DNA of 64,000 nucleotides from an uncultured Alphaproteobacteria bacterium (GCA_963822815.1 CAWGJC010000013.1:29924-93923), one strand, 5' to 3'. Shown: positions 20,447-31,262, counted from the first letter of the stretch. Made by a program: numbers and translations. The notes: generated by a model from the letters alone, not told the origin.

Positions 20447-20866
20447 CACGCCAATGCCCCGGCGAGCAGGGCGGTGCGGCCGAGCGCGCAGTCGAGGGCG
20501 CGGGCGACGCGGGCGGGAGCGGAAGCGGCGACGGGGTCCACGGTCACCATCGGCAGATCGAAGCGTCGGATGCCGCGCCGGTTCGGGCAGGCGCTCGGCG
20601 GGCCGGCCGAGACTGACCGCCAGGGCGAGCCGCGCGGCGCTCCGATACGGCAGGCGGAGGATGCCGAGACCGCGGATCTCGAGCAGCCCGGCGAGCGCCG
20701 GCGGCGGGTGGGCGATGCCGTCCTCGATCTCGACTCGGTCATCGGCGACCAGGACGAACCCGTGGTCGAGCAGACGCAGCACCAGGTCGGATTTGCCCGA
20801 TCCCGGCGGCCCCAGCAGCAGCACGCCCGCATCGTCCCGGGCGGCGCAGCTCGCGTGTATCTGCAT
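20446..20866 (-). CDS. hprK: Short (C-terminal-domain-only) HPr kinase/phosphorylase
   Basis: MQIHASCAARDDAGVLLLGPPGSGKSDLVLRLLDHGFVLVADDRVEI..LLEIRGLGI. The tail ..FDLPMVTVDP..LLAGALA* is in ORF 20446..21321 (frame change near 20560). Confidence 0.75.
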
Positions 20867-21036
20867 GGAGCGGGCAATGTGGTCCCCTCGTGGCGGAAAT
20901 GAAAGCGGCTTCCTTGCCGCGGAGCCGGGTCACCCGCCTTCGGTCCGGAAGCGTGACGCAGGGGCGTTGCGGCCGGGTTAACGCGAGCGGCACGCCACGG
21001 GTTGTCTCGCCGCGGCCGCTCTGCCAGCCTTGGCCC

Positions 21037-21980
21037 ATGCTGGACACTGCCGCGATCGAGGCCGCCGCGACGCGCATCGCCGGCCGGGTCCGCCACACGC
21101 CGGTGATCGCCCTCGCCGCCGACGAGCTCGGGCTTGGCTTTCCCGTGACCCTCAAGCTGGAGCTGCTGCAGCACGCCGGCAGCTTCAAGCCGCGCGGCGC
21201 CTTCAACCGGATGCTGCGGGCGGGGCTCCAGGCACGGCTTCCCCAGGCGGGCGTGATCGCCGCCTCGGGCGGCAATCACGGCGCCGCGGTGGCCTACGCC
21301 GCGCGCGCGCTGGGTGTGCAAGCGGAGATCTTTGTCCCCGAGCCGACGCCGCGGGCAAAGGCCGCCCGCATCGAGAGCCTATGGCGCCCGCTTGTTCCGC
21401 GGCGGCGCCACCTATGCCGAGGCGCTGGCGGCGAGCCGGGCGCGTCGCGAGGCGACCGGGGCGATGGAGGTGCACGCCTACGATCATCCGGACGTGCTTG
21501 CCGGACAGGGGACGCTCGGGCGGGAAATCGAGCGGGACGCGCCCGATCTCACCCATCTGCTGGTCGCGACCGGCGGCGGTGGGCTGATCGGCGGCATCGC
21601 CGCCTGGTTCCAGGGGCGCGTCAAGGTGGTGAGCGTCGAGCCGGAAGGCTGCCCCGCGCTGCACGACGCGCTCGCCGCCGGGCGGCCGGTCGATGCGCCG
21701 GTCGGGGGGGTGGCCGCCGACAGTCTGGGCGCGCGCCAAGTCGGCGGGCTGATGTTCCCGATCGCGCAGCGCCACGTCGCCTCCGCCGCGCTGGTGTCGG
21801 ACGCGGCGATCCGCGAACGCGCAGCGCCGCCTCTGGGACGTGCTGCACCTGGTCGCCGAGCCCGGCGGCGCCACCGCCCTCGCCGCGCTCATCTCCGGCG
21901 CCTGGACGCCGCCCGCCGGCGCGCGCGTCGGCGTCGTGGTCTGCGGTTCCAACACCGATCCGTCGCTGGTTGAGGCATGA
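21037..21980 (+). CDS. PLP-dependent threonine/serine dehydratase
   Basis: HAGSFKPRGAFN (PLP Lys), ASGGNHGAAVAYAA and GGGGLIGGIA. Three frames are used (changes near 21365 and 21825). Stop 21978..21980 overlaps the next start (ATGA). Confidence 0.8.
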
Positions 21981-22783
21981 GCCCGCCGGTCCTCCTCCAC
22001 ATCGATGCGCGCGGGGTCGCCACCGCGACGCTGAACCGGCCGGAGCGCGGCAACGCCTATGACGAGGAGATGCTGGCGGCGCTGATCGAGGGGCTCGGCC
22101 GGCTGGCCGGCGATCCCGCCGTGCGGACGCTGGTGATCCGCGGCGCCGGGAAGCATTTCCAGGCCGGCGCCGATCTCGCCTGGCTCGCGCGGGCCGCCGA
22201 GTACCCGCCCGATCGGGCCTACGCCGCCTCGATGGGGACGGTGCGGGCGATGCAGCGTCTCAACGAGTTTCCGAAGCCGACGATCGCGCTGGTCCACGGC
22301 GCCTGCTTCGGCGGCGGTTGCGGCCTGGTCTGCTGCGTCGATGTGGCGCTGGCGACGCCGGAGGCGGCGTTCGGGCTGACCGAGGTGCGGGTCGGCGTCG
22401 CGCCGTCGCCGATCTCGACGCACATGGTCCAGGCGATCGGGCTGCGCGCGACCCGCCGCTACGCGCTGACCGGCGAGCGCTTCGACGCCGCGGAGGCGCT
22501 CCGCATCGACCTCGTCCACGAGGTGGTGCCGGCGGAGCGGGTCGAGGCGCGGCTCGCCGAGGTGCTCGACGCGATCTTCCTCTCCGCGCCCGGCGCGATC
22601 GCCGCCACCAAGGCGTCGTTCCTGGGTGCCAACGGGCTCATGCTCGACGAGCGGCAGATGGCGCTGCTCGCGCATGAGAGCTGGACCCAGCGCGCCTCCG
22701 CCGAGGGCCGCGAGGGGCTCGCCGCCTTCCGGGAGAAGCGCCGGCCCGGGTGGTACAGCCCTGCCGGATCGCACCCTACCTGA
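21977..22783 (+). CDS. Enoyl-CoA hydratase/isomerase family protein
   Basis: Uninterrupted 268 aa with LNRPERGNAY, RGAGKHFQAGADL, HGACFGGGCGL and GLTEVRVGV. Confidence 0.85.
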   Translation: MSPPVLLHIDARGVATATLNRPERGNAYDEEMLAALIEGLGRLAGDPAVRTLVIRGAGKHFQAGADLAWLARAAEYPPDRAYAASMGTVRAMQRLNEFPKPTIALVHGACFGGGCGLVCCVDVALATPEAAFGLTEVRVGVAPSPISTHMVQAIGLRATRRYALTGERFDAAEALRIDLVHEVVPAERVEARLAEVLDAIFLSAPGAIAATKASFLGANGLMLDERQMALLAHESWTQRASAEGREGLAAFREKRRPGWYSPAGSHPT

Positions 22784-23210
22784 TGGTGATCGGGAAGTGC
22801 GCGTCCACCACGTTGCCCTGACCCGGCAGCGTCCTGCTCGGGGCGACCAGTCGCCCGGTCAGGTGCTCGCCGAGGTCGCCGATCACGGCCTGCACCGCGG
22901 GCGGCTGCAGCACGGGCGCGTAGGAGAGCACGTGCAGCACGTAGCCGCCGGGGGCGAAGGGTCCGAACGGGGCGGTGGTGAAGCGGCCGCCCCGCACGGA
23001 AACGAGCTGCTGTTGCAGCACCCGGCCGGTCGGCGTCTCCACCGCGAGGCTGAGCGCGGTCTCGTCGGGCAGGTTGGTCCGTCCGGTGAAGACGGGCGAG
23101 CGTCCCGCCGCCGGGTCCACCGACAGCGTGACATTGACCGGCAACGCTGCATCCGCGGGCAGCCCCAGGCAGAGCAGCATCGCGAGCAGGGTGGGGGCGA
23201 GGAAGCGCAT
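22776..23210 (-). CDS. Secreted hypothetical protein
   Basis: MRFLAPTLLAMLLCLGLPADA signal peptide. Uninterrupted 144 aa, no domain I can name. Its 3-prime end overlaps the convergent hydratase gene by 8 nt. Confidence 0.6.
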   Translation of the reverse strand: MRFLAPTLLAMLLCLGLPADAALPVNVTLSVDPAAGRSPVFTGRTNLPDETALSLAVETPTGRVLQQQLVSVRGGRFTTAPFGPFAPGGYVLHVLSYAPVLQPPAVQAVIGDLGEHLTGRLVAPSRTLPGQGNVVDAHFPITIR

Positions 23211-23325
23211 GCGGACGGTTCCGGGAGGAGGCCCGCTCCTTATACCAACGCGCTCGATCGGGAGTCATCGGGAGCGCCTCGGCGCGCGATCCGCGGCGCG
23301 GGCGGCCACCTGCTGTCCCTGGGCC

Positions 23326-23375
23326 GCCGATTCACGCCCTCCCCGGTTCCGGCTCGGGTGATCGGAGGCTAATCC
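23326..23375. repeat. Repeat family R2, copy 2
   Basis: GATTCACGCCCT..GGGTGATCGGAGGCTAATC matches 13155..13199 in both flanks. The internal hairpin sequence differs (CCGG-TT-CCGG core) but can still pair. Overlaps the GNAT stop codon. Confidence 0.55.
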
Positions 23376-23815
23376 GCAAGTGCCTTCCACATGAACACGC
23401 GGCTCGTTCCCGGCGGATGGCAGGGGACGCGGCCGAGCTCGGCATAGCCGTGCCTGGTGTAGAAGCCCGGCGCCTGGAAGCTGATGGTGACCAGCGCCGC
23501 CGAGACGCAGCCGCGACGGCGCGCTTCCTCTTCCGCCATGCGCAGCATCGCGCTGCCGATCCGCCTGCCGCGCAGCGACGCGGGGATGTTCACGAGGTCG
23601 ATGAACATCAGCCCGAGCGTGGTCCGCCCGATCAGCCCGCCCAGCGTTTCGCCGCTGCCGGGCTCGGTGATCAGCACCGCGATCGGGCGGGAATCGCGAA
23701 TGCCGGTCTGCTCCTCATTGTAGTCCGCGATCCCGTCGCTGACGCGCGCGCGGTCCGCGGGCTCCGGCGCATCCGTCAGCCTGAGAATCGGCAGCCTGAG
23801 AATCGGCTCGCTCAT
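23369..23815 (-). CDS. GNAT-family N-acetyltransferase
   Basis: Start at the internal ATG 23815 of ORF 23369..24376. RGRRIGSAMLRMAEEEARRRGC acetyl-CoA loop and FYTRHGY. 148 aa. Confidence 0.8.
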   Translation of the reverse strand: MSEPILRLPILRLTDAPEPADRARVSDGIADYNEEQTGIRDSRPIAVLITEPGSGETLGGLIGRTTLGLMFIDLVNIPASLRGRRIGSAMLRMAEEEARRRGCVSAALVTISFQAPGFYTRHGYAELGRVPCHPPGTSRVFMWKALAD

Positions 23816-23899
23816 GTGTTCATGGTCCGTTCCGGTTGGCTCGCTTGTCAAGCGTCGGCGGCGCGGGGATGCTCGGGCGAAACCTGCGCGAGCGAGTCG

Positions 23900-24679
23900 G
23901 TGCCGCCCTTTCCGTTTGCCGCTTTCGACCTCACCGGCCGCGTCGCGCTGGTCACCGGTGCGCGTCGCGCGATCGGACGCGCCATTGCCGAGGCACTTGC
24001 CGGGCAGGGCGCCCGCGTCGCGCTGCATCACCGCGGCGAGGACGAGCGGGATGATGCGGCGGAGGCGCTGGCGGCGATCCGCAATGCGGGCGGCAGCGCG
24101 CAGGAGTTCGTCGCCGACTTCGCGATACCGGGTGCCGGCGCGCAGCTCGCTCAGGCGGTCGAGCGCGCAATGGGGCGGGTCGATATCGTCGTGCTGAACG
24201 CCTCCATCGAGCTGGTCGAGAAGCTCGAAGACATCTCGCAGGAGCATTTCGACCGGCAGGTGAACGTCAACCTGCGCTCGGGCTTCGAGCTCTTGCAGGC
24301 GCTGGTGCCGAAAATGGCGGCGCGCGGCTGGGGGCGCGTGGTGACGATCGGCAGCGTGCAGCAGTTGCGCCCGCATCCCGGCATGTTCGTCTATGCCGGC
24401 AGCAAGGCGATGCAGGCGAACTGGGCGCGCAACCTCGCGCGCATCTACGGCAAGAACGGCGTGACCGCGAACAACCTCGCCCCCGGCGCGATCGCGACGC
24501 CGCGCAACGCGACGCAGCTCGAAACGAACCGGACTTCGCTCGAAGCGCGCATCCCGGTCGGTCGCGTCGGCCGTCCGGACGACCTGGTCGGCGCCGCGAT
24601 GCTGCTCTGCTCGGATGCCGGCAGCTACATCAATGGCACCGACCTCTACATCGATGGCGGATTGGGGATTCCGGGCTGA
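23900..24679 (+). CDS. SDR-family oxidoreductase
   Basis: LTGRVALVTGARRAIGRAIAEAL, NASI and YAGSKAMQANW. GTG 23900 chosen as start (ATG 23822 is also in frame). The N-terminal part of ORF 23417.. is antisense to the GNAT gene. Confidence 0.8.
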   Translation: MPPFPFAAFDLTGRVALVTGARRAIGRAIAEALAGQGARVALHHRGEDERDDAAEALAAIRNAGGSAQEFVADFAIPGAGAQLAQAVERAMGRVDIVVLNASIELVEKLEDISQEHFDRQVNVNLRSGFELLQALVPKMAARGWGRVVTIGSVQQLRPHPGMFVYAGSKAMQANWARNLARIYGKNGVTANNLAPGAIATPRNATQLETNRTSLEARIPVGRVGRPDDLVGAAMLLCSDAGSYINGTDLYIDGGLGIPG

Positions 24680-24688
24680 GGAAGGCCG

Positions 24689-25878
24689 CTATTTGCGGAA
24701 CACCGCCGACCGGCGAAGCCGCGTCTGCACGTAGACGTGCTCGTTTCCGTTCCGAGCAGATATCCGCCTTCCGCCAGGCCGACATTCTGCCGGCTCGGAT
24801 AGCGCGCGATCGCGTCCTCGACGATCTCGACGCCGAGGCCCGGGCGCGTCCGGCACCGCGAGATAGCCGTTCTCCTGCTGCGGCACCGGCGAGGTCACCT
24901 CGGTGCGGCCGGGCCAGTCGTCCTCGATGCGCTCGAGCATCAGCGCGTTCGGGATCGCCGCCAGCACGTGCAGCGCGGCGAATTCCGCGACCGGGCCGAG
25001 CGAGCCGGAATGCGGCGCCATCATGATGCCGTGCGCCTCCGCCATCGCCGCGATCTTCTTCATCTGCGTGATGCCGCCGGCGCGGCCGGTGTCGGGCTGG
25101 ATCACGTCCACGAGCTCGCGCTCGATCAGCGGCCGCTCGCCCCAGATCGTCGCCATGCGCTCGCCGGCCGCGAGCGGGATCGCGACCGCGTCGCGGATGC
25201 GCGCGTACTGCTCGATGTGCTCGGGCGCGATCGGGTCCTCCAGGAACAGCAGCTTGTAGGGCTCCAGTTCGCGGCCGAGCACGATCGCGTCCGCGGTGGT
25301 CATCCAGGGCGGCCCGTGCAGGTCGGTCATCAGATCGACATCGTCGCCGACCGCTTCGCGCAGCATCGCGACCTTCTTCGCCGAATCCTTCACGCCGCCG
25401 GTCTTGATCGCGGTGATGCCGCGCGACTTCAGCGTCGAGCGCCACCTCGCGGCGTGCTGGCATGGCTGTAGATGCGGATGCGGTCGCGGAGCTTGCCGCC
25501 GAGCAGGTTGCAGACCGGCGTGCCGAGCGCGCGGCCCTTGATGTCCCACAGCGCCATGTCGATGCCGGTCATGGCGCCGCCGCCGACCACGCCCGTCATG
25601 CCGTGGCCCATGATGGCGCTCATCATCTTCTGCCACAGCCGCTCGATATGCGCGGGGTCCTCGCCGAGCAGCACATGCGCGAGATCCTCGACCGCGCGCT
25701 CGATCACCCGCGGCCAGCCGCTGCACTCGCCGACGCCGGTGACGCCCGCGTCGGTCTCCACCTTGACGAACAGCCAGTTGCGCCCGGTGGTGTGCCAGCT
25801 CCTGCCGTCCGACGCCCAGGATTTGTCGTGCGGCGCGCCGGCCTGCATCAGGAACGTCTTGATTGCGGTGATCTTCAA
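24689..25878 (-). CDS. Enolase-superfamily (mandelate racemase / sugar-acid dehydratase-like) enzyme
   Basis: MKITAIKTF..VKVETDAGVTGVGE (ORF 25429..25878), then ITAIKTGG, DLHG, LEDP, AAGE and QPDTGRAGGIT in the frame of ORF 24689... Frame changes near 25440 and probably 24830. Confidence 0.8.
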
Positions 25879-25991
25879 CGGCCGGTCCTCCCGTCGGCTT
25901 GTTTAGGTGGCGCGCCGGGGCGGGCAAGCCTCGGCTGGCGCGACTGGTCGCGGCTCGCCGCGTTCGGATATGATCCGGGCGGGAGACTTGC

Positions 25992-26669
25992 ATGGCGGCA
26001 AGCGACGTGTTCGCGGACCGGCGGGATGCCGGAAAGCGACTCGGCCGCGGCGCTCGGCCGGTTCCGCGATGCAGGCGCCCGTCGTCCTCGCCCTTCCGCG
26101 CGGCGGCGTGCCGGTCGGCTTCGAGATCGCCATTGCGCTCGAGGCACCGCTCGACATCATGCTCGTGCGCAAGATCGGCGCGCCGGACCAGAAGGAGCTC
26201 GGCATCGGCGCGGTGGTGGACGGCGCGCCGCCGCAGGTGGTGGTGAACGAGGCGATCCTGCGGCTGGTTGCGCCGCCCGAAGGCTACCTGGAGGCCGAGA
26301 CCGCGCGGCAGGTCGAGGAGATCGCGCGCCGCCGCACGCTCTACGGCGGGAATGCCCGCCCGGAGGACTGGGCCGGCCACACGCTGCTGGTGGTCGATGA
26401 TGGCATCGCGACCGGCGCCACGGCGCGCGCGGCGATGCGCGGGCTGCGCCGCCTCGGGCCGCGCCGTCTCGTGCTCTGCGCGCCGGTCGGGCGCAGCGGA
26501 GGCGGTCGAGTCACTTGCCGAGGAGGCCGATGAGGTGGTCTGCCTCTCGACGCCGGCGCGATTCGGCGCGGTCGGCGAGCACTACCGCGACTTCCGCCAG
26601 ACCAGCGATGCCGAGGTGAGCGCGCTGCTCGCGGAGGCGCGGACCCGGCGCGGCAGCGCGCTCACGTGA
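25992..26669 (+). CDS. Phosphoribosyltransferase-family protein
   Basis: MAASDVFADRRDAGKRL, VVLALPRGGVPVGFEIA and TLLVVDDGIATGATARAA (PRPP loop). Three frames are used (changes near 26045 and 26495). Confidence 0.7.
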
Positions 26670-26685
26670 TCGGAAAGGATGGCGA

Positions 26686-26870
26686 ATGCCCGAGGTCTAT
26701 GTGCACGCGGCCGAGGGCCGCACGCCCGAGCAGAAGAAGAATCTCATGAAGGACATCACCGACGCGGTGGTGAAGAACTTCGGCGTCCCGATCGAGGCGG
26801 TCGTCGTGACCATCGTCGAGAGCCCGAAGATCAACAAGGCGAAGGGTGGCGTCCTTTCAGCGAACGCTGA
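26686..26870 (+). CDS. 4-oxalocrotonate tautomerase family protein
   Basis: MPEVYVHAAEGRTPEQKKNLMKDITDAVVKNFGVPIEAVVVTIVE (Pro-1 tautomerase). The family-typical end GGVLFSER* (stop 26868..26870) needs a frame change near 26850. As written the ORF runs on to 26976. Confidence 0.7.
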
Positions 26871-26878
26871 GCGGCCTC

Positions 26879-28153
26879 TCAGCTCTCGAACAGGGCCTGG
26901 CCGATATAGGAACCTTCCTCGGTGCCCGGCGGCACCGCGAACAATCCACCGCCGGTGTGCGTCGCGAACTGGTTGAGCGCATCGAGCTTCGCCATCTTCT
27001 CGAAGATGCGGATGAAGCCCTGGCGCGGGTCGCGCTGGTAGCAGATGAACAGCAGCCCCGCATCGTACAGCATGCCCTGCCGCCAGGGCGGCCAGCGCTC
27101 GGCGGTGAAGCTCACCCCGTCATTGTAGGCATAGCCGCGCCGGACGATCTGCGCGCCGCCATTGGTCGCGGCGGTGGCGAGGCGCACATGCGCGTTCTCG
27201 GGAATCACCGGATTGCCGTCGCCGTCCATGGCATCGAGGTCGAGCGGATCGAACTCGCTGTTCCCGGTGAGCGGCGCGCCGGAGAGCTTCCGCCGCCCGA
27301 TCACCTGCTGCTGGAACGCGACATCCGTGCGGTCCCAGTGCTCGAGCGAGATGCGGATGCGGCGCGCGACCAGGTAGCTGCCGCCGCGCATCCAGTCCGG
27401 CCCCTCGTCGCGCACCCAGAGAATGCCGCCACGGTCCTCGGCGCCATCCGCCCCCTTCGCGAGCGGCGTTTCCGTGCCGTCCCTGAAGCCCATCAGGTTG
27501 CGGGGCGTCTCGTCGGTGGCGGAATTCGCCGCGAAGCCGGCCTGCACCCAGCGGAGCCGCGCCACGCCATAGGCGAGGGAAGCGAGCTGGCGCACGGCGT
27601 GGAACGCGACCTGCGGATCGTCGGCGCAGGCCTGCACGGAGAAATCGCCCCCGGTCCTCGCCGGGACCATCTGGTCGCCGTTGAAGAGCGGCATGTCGAC
27701 GAGCGCCTCCGGGCGATGGCGCGCCAGGCCCAACACATCCTTGCCGTCGCGCGCGAAAAGCCCGGGCCCGAACCCGAAGGTCAGCGTGAGCCGCGCCGGC
27801 GGGAGGCCGAGCGCGTCGAGCGAATCGCCGCCCGGCTGCGACGGATCGGCGGGCAGCGGCGCCGCGATCCTGCCTTCGCACAGCCGCGCCGAGGCCGCGG
27901 TCCAGCGCCGGAACAGGGGGATGAGTTCGTCGCGCTTCGCGGTCGCGATGTCGAAGGCGGCGAAATAGGTGTGGCGCTGCGGCGGCGTCAGGATGCCGCC
28001 CTGGCGGGCGCCCCAGAAGCTTTCGATCGCGGCTTCCGGGCGCTCCTTCGCGGCCGATTGCGCGAGGGCGGCCGGCGCGGCGGCCAGCGTGCTGCCGGCG
28101 CCGAGCAGGAACAAGCGGCGCGGGGCGCCGGAGAAGGGGCAGCGTCCGGCCAT
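26879..28153 (-). CDS. efeB: Tat-exported Dyp-type peroxidase (EfeB family)
   Basis: GAGGA 5 nt before ATG 28153. MAGRCPFSGAPRRLFLLGAGSTLAAAPAALA twin-arginine signal. NLMGFRDGT, AHVRLA and GLLFICYQRD. Uninterrupted. No efeU/efeO nearby. Confidence 0.85.
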   Translation of the reverse strand: MAGRCPFSGAPRRLFLLGAGSTLAAAPAALAQSAAKERPEAAIESFWGARQGGILTPPQRHTYFAAFDIATAKRDELIPLFRRWTAASARLCEGRIAAPLPADPSQPGGDSLDALGLPPARLTLTFGFGPGLFARDGKDVLGLARHRPEALVDMPLFNGDQMVPARTGGDFSVQACADDPQVAFHAVRQLASLAYGVARLRWVQAGFAANSATDETPRNLMGFRDGTETPLAKGADGAEDRGGILWVRDEGPDWMRGGSYLVARRIRISLEHWDRTDVAFQQQVIGRRKLSGAPLTGNSEFDPLDLDAMDGDGNPVIPENAHVRLATAATNGGAQIVRRGYAYNDGVSFTAERWPPWRQGMLYDAGLLFICYQRDPRQGFIRIFEKMAKLDALNQFATHTGGGLFAVPPGTEEGSYIGQALFES

Positions 28154-28311
28154 CGTGATCCTCAGCTCAGACCGAGTCGGCATCGGCATCGCGCTCTCCC
28201 CACGCAATCGAGAATGATTCGCAGTCGCAGTTCTCCGGGACGGTGTCAACCCGGTTGAAATCGGTCCGGATGCGGAGGATCGTCCCGCCGGTTTCGCAAG
28301 GGATGCGCCGC

Positions 28312-29322
28312 ATGGAATACCGCCGCCTCGGACAAAGCGGCCTCAAGGTTTCGCCGCTCTGTCTCGGCGCGATGAATTTCGGCGGCCCGACCGACGAGGC
28401 CGCGTCGCTGCGCATCATCGGCCTTGCCCGCGATGCCGGGATCAATTTCGTCGACACCGCGAACGGCTACACGGATGGGCGCTCCGAGGAGATCGTCGGC
28501 CGGGCGATCGCGGGCGACCGCGACCGCTGGGTGCTGGCGACCAAGGTGAACGCCCCGATCGGGCCGGGCCCGAACGATCGCGGCACCTCGCGCAAGGCGA
28601 TCATGCTGGCGATCGAAGGCAGCCTGCGCCGGCTCGGCACCGACACTATCGACCTCTACTACCTGCACCGCGAGAATCCCGACATCCCGCTCGCCGAATC
28701 CGTGCGCGCGCTCGCCGATCTGCAGCGCGCGGGAAAGATCCGCTACTTCGCGCTGTCCAACCACAAGGCCTGGCGCGTCGCCGAGATCTGCGGCATCTGC
28801 GACCGGCTCGACGTCGACCGCCCCGCCGCGAGCCAGCCCTACTACAACGCGATGAACCGCACGCCCGAGATCGAGCACCTGCCGGCCTGCGCGCATTACG
28901 GGCTCGGCGTGGTGCCGTACAGCCCGCTCGCGCGCGGCGTGCTGAGCGGCAAATACGCGCCCGACGCGCCGCCACCGGAAGGCAGCCGCGCGGCGCGGCA
29001 GGACCGGCGCATGATGCAGACGGAGTGGCGGCGCGAATCGCTCGAGCTCGCGCAGGTGCTGAAGCGGCACGCGGCGGCGCGCGGCATCACGCCCGGGCAG
29101 TTCGCGACCGCCTGGGTGCTCAACAACCGCATCGTCACGTCGGTGATCGCCGGCCCGCGCACGGAGGAGCAGCTCGCCGACTATCTCGGCGCGCTCGACT
29201 ACTCCTTCAGCGCCGACGACGAGGCGCTGGTCGATCGCCTGGTCACGCCCGGCCACAATTCGACGCCGGGCTTCCTCGATCCGGTGGACAGGCTGGAAGG
29301 TCGGGCGCCGCTCTCGGGGTGA
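28312..29322 (+). CDS. Aldo/keto reductase
   Basis: [37 protein letters not shown] and SNH. Uninterrupted 336 aa. Confidence 0.9.
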   Translation: MEYRRLGQSGLKVSPLCLGAMNFGGPTDEAASLRIIGLARDAGINFVDTANGYTDGRSEEIVGRAIAGDRDRWVLATKVNAPIGPGPNDRGTSRKAIMLAIEGSLRRLGTDTIDLYYLHRENPDIPLAESVRALADLQRAGKIRYFALSNHKAWRVAEICGICDRLDVDRPAASQPYYNAMNRTPEIEHLPACAHYGLGVVPYSPLARGVLSGKYAPDAPPPEGSRAARQDRRMMQTEWRRESLELAQVLKRHAAARGITPGQFATAWVLNNRIVTSVIAGPRTEEQLADYLGALDYSFSADDEALVDRLVTPGHNSTPGFLDPVDRLEGRAPLSG

Positions 29323-29328
29323 GCGGAA

Positions 29329-30067
29329 TCAGATCATCGCCATGCCGCCATTGACGTGAATGGTGGCGCCGGTCACCCACGCCGCCTCGTCGGAGGCGAG
29401 ATAGACGACGGCGGCGGCGATGTCCGCCGGCTGGCCGATGCGGCCGAGCGGGATCGCCTCGCGCATCCGCACCTGCTGCTGCTCGGTCAACACCTCCGTC
29501 ATCGCGGTGGCCACCATCCCGGGCGCTACCACGTTGACGGTGATGCCGCGCGAGGCGACCTCCTGCGCGAGCGACTTGCTCATGCCCACGAGCCCCGCTT
29601 TCGCCGCGGCGTAGTTCGCCTGGCCCGGATTGCCGGTCGCGCCCACCACGCTCGAGATGCCGATGATCCGGCCGCGGCGCCGGCGCACCATCCCGCGCAG
29701 CGCGGCGCGCGCCAGGCGGAACGGCGCGGCGAGATCGACCTCCAGCACCGCCGCCCAGTCCTCGTCCTTGAGGCGCAGCGCCAGCATGTCGCGGGTGAGC
29801 CCGGCATTGTTGACCAGGATGTCGAGCGGGCCGCCCGCCGCCTCGGCCGCCGCCACGAGCGCGTCCGGCGCCGCCGGGTCCTTGAAGATCGGCCGGGCAG
29901 ACATGCGCGCGCTCGCCGAGTTCGCCCGCCAGCGCGTCGAGCGCGTCGCGCCGCGTGCCGGAGAGCGCCACCGAAGCGCCCTGAGCGTGCAACGCCCGCG
30001 CGATCGCCGCGCCGATGCCGCCCGAGGCGCCGGTCACCAGCGCCACCTTCCCGTCCAGCCGGAACAT
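29329..30067 (-). CDS. fabG: 3-oxoacyl-ACP reductase
   Basis: [23 protein letters not shown] (ORF 29243..30073), then [24 protein letters not shown] and HVNGGMAMI* (ORF 29329..29904). Frame change near 29900. Confidence 0.9.
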
Positions 30068-30164
30068 TGTCATGCCGGCGCGCCAAACAGCTGAGTCATT
30101 CAGGGATTTCCTCGGCGCGCGGCGTGCCCTTGGTTTCGCGCGCGCCGCCCGCCAACCCGCGCGC

Positions 30165-30199
30165 GATACCGACGGTGATGAAGCATCACCGTCGGTATC
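30165..30199. other. Perfect 16-bp palindrome overlapping the fabD stop codon
   Basis: GATACCGACGGTGATG-AAG-CATCACCGTCGGTATC. Lies in the fabD-fabG spacer. Confidence 0.6.
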
Positions 30200-31170
30200 A
30201 AATCACCTTCAGAAGGGCTTCGATCTCGGCCGGGGTGCCCGCGGCGTGCGCCGCCGCGTCCGGCACGATGCGCTTCGCGAGGCCGGTCAGCACCTTGCCG
30301 GCGCCGAGCTCGCAGAACGTGTCGACCCCCATCGCCGCCATCGCCTGCACGCTCTCCCGCCAGCGCACCGTCGCCGTCACCTGACGCACCAGCAGGTCGC
30401 GGATCTCCGACGGATCGGTCGCCTTCGCGGCGCTGACATTGGCGACCACCGGCACCGAAGGCGGCGCCGGCGTCACCTGCGCCAGCGCCTCCGCCATCGC
30501 GTCCGCCGCCGGCGCCATCAGCGCACAATGGAAGGGCGCCGAGACCGGCAGCGTCATCGCCCGCCGGATGCCGCGCTCCTTCGCCAGCACCACCGCCCGA
30601 TCCACCGCCTCGCGATGGCCGGAGACCACGACCTGGCCGCCGCCATTGTCATTGGCGACCTCCAGCACCTGCCTCGTCGTGCGCCCGTCCTCCTCGATCT
30701 TCGCCGCGGCGTCGGCGCAGATCGCCCGCGCCTGCTCGAGCTCGGCCCCGAGCAGCGCCGCCATCGCCCCTTCGCCGGCCGGCACCGCCTTCTGCATCGC
30801 CTGCCCGCGCAGGCGCAGCAGCCGCGCCGCATCGGCGAGCGAGAAGGCCGAAGCCGCAGCCAGCGCACTGTACTCGCCCAGCGAATGCCCGGCGACCAGC
30901 GCCGCCCTCTCCGGCAGCCGAACCCCGCCCTCGCGCTCGAGCGTCCGCAATACGGCGAGCGACACCGCCATCAGCGCCGGCTGCGCGTTCTCGGTGAGCG
31001 TCAGCTCCTCGAGCGGCCCCTCGAACATGAGACGGGACAGGCGCTGCTCCAGCGTCTCATCCACCTCCTCGAACACTTCGCGCGCCGCCGGAAACGCGCG
31101 CCGCCAACTCACGCCCCATGCCAACCGCCTGACTGCCCTGGCCAGGAAAGACGAATGCAAGAACGGACAT
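30198..31170 (-). CDS. fabD: Malonyl CoA-ACP transacylase
   Basis: [19 protein letters not shown] (ORF 31057..31257), then [19 protein letters not shown] and VSAPFHC (ORF 30198..31160). Frame change near 31095. Confidence 0.9.
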
Positions 31171-31183
31171 GAGGGCGCGTATG

Positions 31184-31262
31184 GCGGGGTGCGGTAAGGA
31201 AGGCAAGGCCAAGGGCTCTGCCCCTGGACCCCCTGGCCTTCTCTTTCCTTGCCACATCCCGC
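31184..31262. repeat. About 80-nt imperfect palindrome (repeat family R3) in the fabD / rpsF divergent spacer
   Basis: GCGGGGTGCGGTAAGGAAGGCAAGGCCAAGGG .. CCCTGGCCTTCTCTTTCCTTGCCACATCCCGC. The core AAGGCCA(A)GGG / CCCTGGCCTT recurs at 45.3-45.5 kb. Confidence 0.55.
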
